Shown here piece after piece: positions 29,601 through 37,700 of a DNA stretch of 40,610 nt. Origin of the DNA: Verrucomicrobiota bacterium (lineage in GTDB: Bacteria > Verrucomicrobiota > Verrucomicrobiia > Opitutales > Opitutaceae); NCBI GenBank assembly GCA_041179405.1, contig JBEGTN010000152.1:1-40610 (forward strand), given 5' to 3'. The translations under genes and the position numbers were made by a program. Within the stretch, counting starts at the first letter, position 1, and each line of letters opens with the position of its first letter. The notes under the pieces were generated by a model, which did no database searches, was not told the origin of the DNA, and saw nothing but the letters and a program-made list of their open reading frames with translations.

Positions 29601-30249
29601 CATGATCGGAGGGAAGTTTCAAGGAGCCAACTCTGCCGATTTTCACGACGCCGTGGATATATTCACCATTGGCGAAGCGCCGGTTCCAAGCACTTGGACA
29701 AAGCAGACGGTTTCTGTCGCGCGACTTTTCCGCTATGTGCGATATCTTTCCCCTCGTGGTGGCAGTTGTAACGTGGCCGAGCTCGAATTTTATCGTGCAA
29801 TCGCGCTTTCTGGTCCCCTCGTTGGCACGGTCATCGGCACGAGTGGTTCTTACGGCAACAACCTCGCCGTCACGCGAGAGGCTGCTTTTGATAGCAATCC
29901 AGCAACTTTTTTTGACGCGCCTGTGGTCACCGGTTCCTGGGTGGGGCTGGATCTTGGGGCGAGCGGCGCGGCGCGGATCTCCGCGATTCGTTTCGCGCCC
30001 CGACCTGACGACAGTCGATCCCATTTTGACGAGCGTATGGTCGGTGGAAAATTCCAGGGAGCCAACTTGCCAGATTTCAGCGACGCCGTCGATTTACTGA
30101 CTATTACGAGCACACCCGCGCGCGGCGTGTTCACCAAAGTGGAGATCCCCCCTGTCGGTCTTTTCCGATATGTGCGTTATCTTTCGCCCCGCGACGGTAG
30201 CTGCAACGTGGCCGAGATTGAGTTCTTCGCCCAACCCGTCGCGCCCTGA
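26662..30249 (+). CDS. GH2 glycoside hydrolase with a discoidin (F5/8 type C)-like module and two tandem C-terminal beta-sandwich modules
   Basis: Motifs GYGWYRK, FEGA...VNG..VG.H.SGYTGF, GGIYRDV, FNFIRGSHYP, NHPSIVTWSVCNE and VSEYG, plus a signal peptide. Confidence 0.92.
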   Translation: MHLITLRSFPCRLVVLLIVASNAVCGFARDTTNLNREWKFQLGDPAGAQAEGFDAAAWSDINLPHTFSLPYFMATGFYSGYGWYRKTLNLPADSAEKCVFIEFEGAFRDAEIYVNGALVGRHQSGYTGFSLDVTRVVRVGENHVAVRLNNLWRPDLAPRAGDHTFSGGIYRDVRLVVTDPLHVVWYGTFVTTPTLAAKAGASSTVNIRTEVRNASSADRTAAVRTDIFDPAGSKVASVISTLRIAAGATVVFDQTTPAIVGPRLWHPDSPDLYRARTSVIAKGAFLARDKLADTFETTFGFRWFEWTADRGFFLNGKPTWLRGANVHQDQAGWGDAVTNAALFRDVQMVKDAGFNFIRGSHYPKDPAFGEACDRLGVLWLSENNFWGIGGRHSDGGWSASAYPVTPEDEAGFAQSVLDSLRAMIRIHRNHPSIVTWSVCNEAFFSDCPMEKVHKLLEASVALSHELDPSRPAAIGGAQRPLNSTRLDKIGDLAAYNGDGATQPVFQNPGVPNLVSEYGSVITDRPGAYDPGWGDLKAKLTDGMPTRYPWRSGEAVWCMFDHGSFAGLNLARMGIVDYFRIPKRAYFWYRNVHVGVPPPEWPVAGTVAKLGLSADKTTLSSVDGTDDTQILVAILSASGTPLSNTASVTLTIESGPGEFPTGRVITFTPSGNGDASDIAIRDGQAAIAFRSYQAGVSVIRATSPGLRDAVLTITSSGSPAYVEGVTQLVPNRPYARFKPKVVASASAIGSDPRVGAAKPSSSASDVSQVLAYNRPTTTSGSAVGTASSLANDGDPTTVWRAVPGQHEAWWQVFLEVAYDVNRVTLVFPQVGNYRYRIEVSVDGLTWKTVVDQSDTSSTEQVRTSLGDFGRGIAYVRVAFTGAPVGHMPALAEVSVGGAPALVAAPAGRLGGTIIGTSGSYGNIAASTRGAALDESTETYFDAPVVTGAWVGLDLGAGGAVRITEVRYVSRPEDDRSRFAERMIGGKFQGANSADFHDAVDIFTIGEAPVPSTWTKQTVSVARLFRYVRYLSPRGGSCNVAELEFYRAIALSGPLVGTVIGTSGSYGNNLAVTREAAFDSNPATFFDAPVVTGSWVGLDLGASGAARISAIRFAPRPDDSRSHFDERMVGGKFQGANLPDFSDAVDLLTITSTPARGVFTKVEIPPVGLFRYVRYLSPRDGSCNVAEIEFFAQPVAP
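29383..30228 (+). repeat. Intragenic tandem duplication (~435-bp units) at the 3' end of GH2
   Basis: Units at ~29383-29793 and ~29818-30228 both encode GT.IGTSGSYGN...FDAPVVTG.WVGLDLGA.G...ERM.GGKFQGAN..DF.DAVD...LFRYVRYLSPR.GSCNVAE.EF, with clear DNA-level identity. Confidence 0.85.
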
Positions 30250-30271
30250 TTCCTTGGTAGATTTTTACACT

Positions 30272-33200
30272 ATGTTTCCCTTGTTTATTCATCGTTTCCT
30301 GCGGTCGGGGTTTCTCTTCACAAAAGGGCTGTTATGGCTCGGTTTTCTAGTTTCGGCGATTCAGGCACAGAGCTTCACGCATCCCGGCATTCCGCTTACT
30401 ATTGCCGATCTGGACGCGCTCAAGGCGAACCTGACTAAAGAGCCTTGGGCCTCTGGTTACGCGGCGCTTCTTTCGGACAGCCATTCCCAGCTCACCTACA
30501 CCATGCAAGGGCCTTACGCTTCGGTCAGTCGTAATCCGCATGTGCGGCGCAACGAGTGGATGAATGACATGCAGGCAGCATGGAATCTTTCCCGCCTGTG
30601 GTATTTCACCGGCAACACTGCATACGCGCAAAAGGCGCGAGATATTCTGGTCGGTTGGGCGAGCGGCACCGGTGCGGTAGATCCCACCACTGGACAGGGC
30701 GCGGCCATGATCGAATTTATTGGCAACGAATCCAACCTCGATCTCGGCGACTACGCTTATCGCTACGGCGGTGCGGCCTCGATTTTACGCGGCACCTGGC
30801 CCGGCTGGGCCGCTTCTGACACCACGGCAGTGAAGTCGCTTTTCGCAAATGTATATTGGCCAGGCGCGTTTACTAATGGAGACGCACTCGGGCCTGCCAA
30901 CAAAGGCATGCTTACTTTGGCTGCCGGAGCCGCCATTGCGGTTTTCAATGACGACCAAACCAAGTTCGACACTGTGTTACGCCTTTACCGGACTGGCGGA
31001 GAGTGCGCCTTATTGAATACGCTGTCGTCCGGTGAAATCGGCGAGACCGGACGGGACCAAGGACATGCCTACGGACAGTGGTTTTCCATGGCGTTTCTTG
31101 CCGAGGTGTTTTGGAAACAGGGAGTCGATGTTTACTCCGAGATGGATAATCGCCTGCTCGCGATTGGCGAATATCATGCTCGTTTTAATCTAGGGCTACC
31201 CACGCCTTTCGTTTCGATGGGCACCACGGATTGGCTCTATTTGACTAACACGACAGCAGTTTGGCCCAATGGCGGGTCGGGCTACAATTTACTGCACGGT
31301 GCCTACGTCGTGCGAAAAGGCCTGCGCTCCCCGTATATCGAACAATTCAGGGCTGGACGTGTGGTCGATATGGATAATTTCGTTTTCTTCAAAACGGCCG
31401 ATTCTTCAACCGCCACACCGCCCGCGCCATTTGTTTACCCTGCCCACAGTCGGATAAATGCTGGTTTGAACGACGTGAATATCGGCAGTCCGAGTCCGAC
31501 CGGCGCCAGTGCCTATTCGGAGGGCCAGTGGACACTGACGAGCACGGGCACGAACATGCAAACGCACGGGAACGATAATGTGGGCTTCACCTACAAACAG
31601 GTGACGGGAGACTTCACGATGATGGCGAAAGTCGAGTCCGTGACCGCTGCCGGTTCCGGCACTGCGCGCGCCGGTTTGATGTTCCGCAATTCTCTTTCCG
31701 CTTCGGCCAGCCAACGCGCCTGGGTGGCTGTAACGACGGATGCGCATGTTCAATCCTACCTTCATGGTTGGACCAACGTTCGAGGGGGCTCAAATTGGGA
31801 ATACCGCGACCAAACGCTTCCGCAGTCCGTTTATTGGGTGAAAATCGAGCGCATCGGCAATCGGGTGAATACCTACAGTTCACTCGACGGCGCAAGTTGG
31901 GCCTGCTCCGCCGCAGGCGAGTTCAATAATCTGGGCGCGGTCAACTACGTTGGCCTTTGTGCTACTTCCGCCAACACGATACTTTCCAACGTCAGCGTCA
32001 CGGGCGGCAATGGCGCTGCTCCTGTCGCCGTCCCCATAGCGCCTGTTGCGATCTTGGGTTCGCCTGGCGATGCAAGGGTGCCGTTGCGTTGGTTCGAGTC
32101 ATTTGGTGCGACCGGCTATACGATCAAGCGCTCTGCCGTTTCCGGTGGTCCCTACACCTTAATTGCGACGCTCTCCGGCACCAGCTACGTGGACACGAGC
32201 GTGGCCAACGGATACACTTATTATTATGTCATCGTTGCCTCGAATGCCCTCGGCGCGGGCGTGTCGTCGCCGGAGGAGAGCGTCATATTGCCTGCACCGC
32301 AGGTGGAGTTGCTGCAAAAGCTGACCGGCACGATTATTGGCAGCACCACCACGTCTTGGAATAACGATCCCGCGACACGCAAGGAAGCTGCGTTGGATGG
32401 ACTTGCGTCCACTGCATTTGATGCTCCGACCGCTTCGGGCCATTGGGTGGGGCTCGATCTCGGTAGTCCGCAAGTGGTCGCCCAGGTGCGCTACATCCCG
32501 CGCAACGGCAACGCCAGTCGCATGGTGGGTGGACTCTTTCAGGCCTCCAACTCCGCCAGTTTCTCCAGTGGCGTGGTCACTCTTTACACCGTGCCTTCCG
32601 CGCCGATCTACAATCTTTATACTCAGGCGAATGTCACCGGGGCCGTCACGTATCGTTATGTGCGCTATCTTTCTCCGACGAATGGCTTTTGTAATGTTGC
32701 CGAGATCGAGTTCTACAAGGCGATCCCGCCCGCCGCGCCGACGGGAGTGATTGCGTCGCCGGTTTCGGCTACGCAAATTGCTTTGGGTTGGGCGGCATCC
32801 TCCGGCGCAACTAGCTATAAAGTGATGCGCGCGACCGCCAGCGGAGGACCGTTCACTACCATCGCGGCCGGTGTGAGCGTTACTAGTTATCTCGATACGG
32901 GGTTGAGTGCGGTCTCGACTTATTATTACCGGGTGAGTGCCGTCGGCGACGTTGGCGAAGGAGCGGCCAGTGTGGTGACTTTTGCCATCACGCATAGTCT
33001 CGCTGAGGATTGGCGTTTGGCCTATTTTGATACGACGGTGGCCGGTGGGGATGCCGCCGATCTGGCTGATCCTGATGGGGACGGTATGGTGAATTTACTC
33101 GAATACGCGCTTGGGACTTCGCCGGTCGTCGGAGACTCTGTCGTGCGTCCCGTGTTGGGTCGCGATGAGGCCGGACATCTGATTTTTTCATTCAACCGTA

Positions 33201-33385
33201 TCGCCGACCCCGGACTGGTTTACGAGGTGCAGGCGACCGCCGACCTTGTGGTCTCTCCGTGGCCGGAAATCATTTGGGCCAGCACAGGTGCGAACAATGT
33301 GACTGGACCGGTTGTCGTTACGGATACGGTGGCTCTTTCCGGGATTGCCCGCCGTTTCTTGCGGCTCTCCGTCACCGCGCCCTGA
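30272..33385 (+). CDS. Alginate-lyase-family (alpha/alpha) domain exoprotein with ConA/DUF1349-like, FN3, beta-sandwich and conserved C-terminal domains
   Basis: Signal peptide ends ...IQA|QSFTHPG; GETGRDQGHA; FTYKQVTGDFT...YWVKIERIG; FN3 repeats; C-terminal DPDGDG..RRFLRL. ATG 30272 preferred. Confidence 0.8.
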   Translation: MFPLFIHRFLRSGFLFTKGLLWLGFLVSAIQAQSFTHPGIPLTIADLDALKANLTKEPWASGYAALLSDSHSQLTYTMQGPYASVSRNPHVRRNEWMNDMQAAWNLSRLWYFTGNTAYAQKARDILVGWASGTGAVDPTTGQGAAMIEFIGNESNLDLGDYAYRYGGAASILRGTWPGWAASDTTAVKSLFANVYWPGAFTNGDALGPANKGMLTLAAGAAIAVFNDDQTKFDTVLRLYRTGGECALLNTLSSGEIGETGRDQGHAYGQWFSMAFLAEVFWKQGVDVYSEMDNRLLAIGEYHARFNLGLPTPFVSMGTTDWLYLTNTTAVWPNGGSGYNLLHGAYVVRKGLRSPYIEQFRAGRVVDMDNFVFFKTADSSTATPPAPFVYPAHSRINAGLNDVNIGSPSPTGASAYSEGQWTLTSTGTNMQTHGNDNVGFTYKQVTGDFTMMAKVESVTAAGSGTARAGLMFRNSLSASASQRAWVAVTTDAHVQSYLHGWTNVRGGSNWEYRDQTLPQSVYWVKIERIGNRVNTYSSLDGASWACSAAGEFNNLGAVNYVGLCATSANTILSNVSVTGGNGAAPVAVPIAPVAILGSPGDARVPLRWFESFGATGYTIKRSAVSGGPYTLIATLSGTSYVDTSVANGYTYYYVIVASNALGAGVSSPEESVILPAPQVELLQKLTGTIIGSTTTSWNNDPATRKEAALDGLASTAFDAPTASGHWVGLDLGSPQVVAQVRYIPRNGNASRMVGGLFQASNSASFSSGVVTLYTVPSAPIYNLYTQANVTGAVTYRYVRYLSPTNGFCNVAEIEFYKAIPPAAPTGVIASPVSATQIALGWAASSGATSYKVMRATASGGPFTTIAAGVSVTSYLDTGLSAVSTYYYRVSAVGDVGEGAASVVTFAITHSLAEDWRLAYFDTTVAGGDAADLADPDGDGMVNLLEYALGTSPVVGDSVVRPVLGRDEAGHLIFSFNRIADPGLVYEVQATADLVVSPWPEIIWASTGANNVTGPVVVTDTVALSGIARRFLRLSVTAP

Positions 33386-33401
33386 CTGATCTTAGGCCGA
33401 T

Positions 33402-36400
33402 ATGAATTTGAAATCCTTACTATTTAAACTGGGCTCCATCGGGATTATTTTACTGATCGTCCTCGGCTTCGTTTCTGGTGCGCGGGCACAGACTTTCACG
33501 CATCCCGGTATCCCGCTCACTGTTACTGATCTCGACGCGGTGAAGGCCAAGGTGCTCGCCGGTGAGCAGCCGTGGAAGGCGGGCTATGACTTACTCGTCG
33601 CTGACGGTCGTTCCCAGCTCACTTACACCATGCAGGGGCCTTTCGCCTCGGTTAGTCGCAACCCGCATGTGAACCGTAACGAATGGATGAACGACATGCA
33701 GGCGGTTTGGAACCTGTCCCGCATGTGGTATTTCACCGGCAATGTTGCCTATGCGCAAAAAGCGCACGACATCCTGATCGCTTGGGCCAACACCCAGACG
33801 GAATTCGTCGGCACAGAGGCCCAGCTTGATCTGGGAGATCATGCTTTTCGTTATGTCGGCGGCGCGGACATTTTGCGTGGCACCTGGTCAGGGTGGACAG
33901 AGGCCGACACCACGGCGGTGAAGAGCCTGTTCGCCAATGTGTATTGGCCGGCCACCGGTTTGGGCGGTGAGGTGCTCGGTCCCGGCAATAAGGGTGGCTT
34001 GGCCTTGTCCGCCGGCACGGCCATTGCGGTTTTTTGTGATGATTCGACTCGTCTGAACAAGGCGCTGAACCAGTTGCGCTCCTTCCCCTCGACCGGCTTT
34101 GTCAACACGTTGACCAATGGTGAGCACGGCGAGACCGGGCGAGACCAAGGCCACTCCTATGGGCAGATGCTCGCGATGGCCTTCACTTCGGAGGTGCTTT
34201 GGAAGCAGGGCATCGATGTGTTTTCCGAGCGGGATAACCGCATTTTGGCGATGGGCGAATACTACGCCCGTTTCAATCTCGGCGTGACCACTCCTTTCGT
34301 TCCTATGGGCACCACGGACGAGTATTACCTCTCGATTTGGGATGCTGCTGGTTATCAGGCGGAGCCCATGGCGTTTAACATCATGAAAGGCGCTTACGTG
34401 TTGCGAAAGGGCCTTAGCGCTCCCTACCTGACCGCAAAGCTGGCCGCACAGGCGCAAAACATGGACGCTTTCATGTTTCTAAAAGCATCGGACACCTCGA
34501 CCGCCACGCAACCCGCAGCCATCGTATTCCCATCCGCAAGCCCAGTCGGTGCCGGGCTGACCAATATCGACATAGGCGGGGCGACTCCGGTAGGCACCGG
34601 CACTTACAATGCAGGCACATGGACCGTGAGCGGCGGCGGCACCGACATCTGGACCCACGGTGCGGAGAAATTTCATTTTCTCTATAAACAAGTGACCGGC
34701 GACTGCACCATGATTGCCAAGGTTAATTCCGTGCAAAATACGCACGCCAGCGCGAAGGCGGGGGTGATGATCCGCTCCGATCTAAATTCCGAACCGTTGG
34801 CCAAGGCGTGGGTCGCCATCACGCCCTCGACGAAGGTGGAGTCCTACTTCGATGGTTGGAGAAGCATGTATGGCGGGTCGAACTGGGAGGCCCAGTCCTA
34901 TCCCGTCCCAAGGATCCCGTATTGGGTGAAAGTCGAACGTAGGGGGAATCTTGTTACGACTTACGCCTCGCCCGATGGCGTCAGCTGGGCCACGATCATT
35001 ACGGGGACGATGGATAACCTTGGCGGCACCGCCTACATTGGTCTGGCGGTATCGTCGTTGGTCAATGGCACGCTCAATACCTCCACCTTCACCAATGTCA
35101 GTGTTACCGGCGGCACCGGAGGAACAGTGTTTGTTCCCGAGGTGCCCATTGCGGTTTACGGCTCGCCGGGCGATGGCCACGTTCCCTTGCGTTGGACTGA
35201 GTCCTTTGGTGCGACGAGTTATAAGGTGAAGCGTGCCCTCGTCACCGGAGGACCCTATCAGACAATCGCCACCTTGAACGGCACCAGCTATGTCGATACT
35301 CCGCTGACGAACGGCACGACTTATCACTATGTCGTTACCGCCGCAAACAGCGCTGGTGAAAGTTTACCCGCGCCCGAGGAGGTAGTCACGCCACTCGCGA
35401 CGATGGTGAACGTCGCGATTGGAGGCAGCGCTGTGGCCAGCGCCAATGGCTCGTCCACCACCGAGGGAGCGGCCAAGGCATTCGATCTGAATAGCGGCAC
35501 GAAATGGTTCAACGGCAACGCCGGCACCACCGGCTGGTTGATCTATGCATTTTCTTCCGCAGGCGCGCAGGTGATAACCGCATATGATTTGGTCAGCGGC
35601 TCCGATGTGCCCGGACGTGACCCGATGGATTGGCAGTTTCAGGGCTCTAGCAACGGTAGCACCTGGACTACACTTGATAGCGAAAGCGGACAGCTGTTTT
35701 TGGGCCGAAATTTTCCGAAGCGATACTACATAACTAATACCACTTCGTTTCGCTATTACCGGCTCAATGTCATCGCCAACAACGGGGATGCCACGGGCCT
35801 GCAACTTGGCGAGCTTTCGTTGCTCGTTGCCGTGAGTGCGCCGCCGCCTCTCGCCGCTCCGACCGGGCTTACGGCCACCGTCGTTGACGCTCATCGCGTG
35901 GACCTTGCTTGGGCGGCGGTCGTGGGTGCCGGCAGTTATCGTGTGCAACGCGCCACCGTTGCCGGTGGCCCCTACACGACCGTAGCGGCCAATGTGGCTG
36001 CCACCAGTTATAGCGACGCCGCGCTCACCTCTGGTTCGATCTATTATTACGTGATCAGCGCGATGTCCGAAGGTTCGGAGAGCGTGAATTCGAATGAGGT
36101 TTTCGCGATCCCCGTCTCCTACGCCATTGGCATCAACTTCCGTGGCGGCAGCACTGGGAACGGCACGCCCGCCACGCTGGGAACGGCCGAACTCGCCGGT
36201 GTGGTAGCCAGCACCAATTGGAACAATGCGTCCGGCGCCTCCGGTTCGCTCCTATCTCTCCTCGAACGCTCGGGCGGCACGACCACAGCCGGAGTGTCTT
36301 GGGTTGCCAATAATATCTGGAGCATATCAATCACCGATGCCGGCGGAAACTCCCGCTTGATGAAGGGATACCTCGATACCAGCGCCACTTCCACCACCAC

Positions 36401-37379
36401 AGTGACGGTTACCGGGCTGCCAGCCGCTATCACAGCGAATGGTTACGATGTTTACGTTTACTGCGATGGCGATAACGGCACGTCCACGAAAACTGGCCGC
36501 TATTCCATTGGCACCCAGCTGATCACCGCGACGGATGGTCCGTCCGTCAATTTTTCCGGCGCGTTCTCGAGGGCTGCTAACTCAAGTGGGAACTATGTCG
36601 TGTTTGCCAATCAGACCGGCTCGTCTTTCACGCTCACTTCCACCGGAACCTCGACTGACACCGGACCTCGCGCGCCCATCAACGGTATCCAAATCGTCGC
36701 GCTCACCCCCGCTCCTCTACCCGCCGCGCCCACGAGCTTCGCAGCGATAACCAACTCAGCCAGTCAGATCAACTTGAGTTGGGGCGCTGTTTCTGGTGCC
36801 ACGAGCTATACGCTCTTGCGCGGTTCGGTGAGCGGCGGTCCCTACACCCCGGTCTCCAGTGGTTTGAGCCTGCTTGTGCATGCCGATATCGGTCTCACCC
36901 CTGGCGCGACTTACTACTACGTTATCACCGCCACAGGCGCAGCGGGCACAAGTGGCTTTTCGGCTCAAGTCTCCGCCACTACACTCACCGCATTACAAGC
37001 GTGGCGAGTGGGCTATTTCGGCGCCGTGGCCGCCACCGGCGATGCGGCCGCCACCGCCGATCCTGACGGCGACGGCGCGACCAATCTCCTGGAATACGCG
37101 CTTGGCACGTCTCCGGTGGACAGTGCTTCCATCGCACCGCCTATCCTTGGGCTGGATGGCCTCGGTCACCTGACGCTCGCGTTTAACCTGATTGCCGATT
37201 CGACCCTTACTTACCAAGTGCAGGCGACCGACGATCTTGCGGCCACGCCTTGGCCCGAAGTGCTCTGGTCCAGCTCTGGTGTTGGTAATCTCGCCGGTCC
37301 CATCGTTGTGACCGATCCCCAAGTAGTCTCCGGACATCTCCGCCGTTTCCTGCGGCTTTCCGTTTCTACCAATCCCTAA
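33402..37379 (+). CDS. Alginate-lyase-family domain exoprotein, close paralogue of 30272-33385 with different accessory modules
   Basis: ...ARA|QTFTHPG and GETGRDQGHS, followed by ConA-like, FN3, discoidin-like, an unnamed module and the C-terminal DPDGDG..RRFLRL domain. Confidence 0.82.
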   Translation: MNLKSLLFKLGSIGIILLIVLGFVSGARAQTFTHPGIPLTVTDLDAVKAKVLAGEQPWKAGYDLLVADGRSQLTYTMQGPFASVSRNPHVNRNEWMNDMQAVWNLSRMWYFTGNVAYAQKAHDILIAWANTQTEFVGTEAQLDLGDHAFRYVGGADILRGTWSGWTEADTTAVKSLFANVYWPATGLGGEVLGPGNKGGLALSAGTAIAVFCDDSTRLNKALNQLRSFPSTGFVNTLTNGEHGETGRDQGHSYGQMLAMAFTSEVLWKQGIDVFSERDNRILAMGEYYARFNLGVTTPFVPMGTTDEYYLSIWDAAGYQAEPMAFNIMKGAYVLRKGLSAPYLTAKLAAQAQNMDAFMFLKASDTSTATQPAAIVFPSASPVGAGLTNIDIGGATPVGTGTYNAGTWTVSGGGTDIWTHGAEKFHFLYKQVTGDCTMIAKVNSVQNTHASAKAGVMIRSDLNSEPLAKAWVAITPSTKVESYFDGWRSMYGGSNWEAQSYPVPRIPYWVKVERRGNLVTTYASPDGVSWATIITGTMDNLGGTAYIGLAVSSLVNGTLNTSTFTNVSVTGGTGGTVFVPEVPIAVYGSPGDGHVPLRWTESFGATSYKVKRALVTGGPYQTIATLNGTSYVDTPLTNGTTYHYVVTAANSAGESLPAPEEVVTPLATMVNVAIGGSAVASANGSSTTEGAAKAFDLNSGTKWFNGNAGTTGWLIYAFSSAGAQVITAYDLVSGSDVPGRDPMDWQFQGSSNGSTWTTLDSESGQLFLGRNFPKRYYITNTTSFRYYRLNVIANNGDATGLQLGELSLLVAVSAPPPLAAPTGLTATVVDAHRVDLAWAAVVGAGSYRVQRATVAGGPYTTVAANVAATSYSDAALTSGSIYYYVISAMSEGSESVNSNEVFAIPVSYAIGINFRGGSTGNGTPATLGTAELAGVVASTNWNNASGASGSLLSLLERSGGTTTAGVSWVANNIWSISITDAGGNSRLMKGYLDTSATSTTTVTVTGLPAAITANGYDVYVYCDGDNGTSTKTGRYSIGTQLITATDGPSVNFSGAFSRAANSSGNYVVFANQTGSSFTLTSTGTSTDTGPRAPINGIQIVALTPAPLPAAPTSFAAITNSASQINLSWGAVSGATSYTLLRGSVSGGPYTPVSSGLSLLVHADIGLTPGATYYYVITATGAAGTSGFSAQVSATTLTALQAWRVGYFGAVAATGDAAATADPDGDGATNLLEYALGTSPVDSASIAPPILGLDGLGHLTLAFNLIADSTLTYQVQATDDLAATPWPEVLWSSSGVGNLAGPIVVTDPQVVSGHLRRFLRLSVSTNP

Positions 37380-37700
37380 TCGCCAGTGGGAAAGCCACGC
37401 CAATTTCATAGCGCACTTTTGCTCTCGTGTCATATTATTCGATTCGGCTTACCGACATGTTCCTCTGGCTTTTAGTTACCTGTGCGGCTGCCGAAGTTCT
37501 GAAAATCTTTGCATCCGCTTGGGGTTCGTTAAGGGCTGACCGCGAACACCCAGACGGGTTTTGCCTACCCGAGTTGGGCGATTGGTATGCGCAGAAATCC
37601 GATGCGCTGGAAGTGGAATTCCCCGTGTTAAAGCTCTGCTAGCACGCTTATGTTCTGAAAATCAAACAACGACGGATACCCAACCCGGATTTAAACCCAA

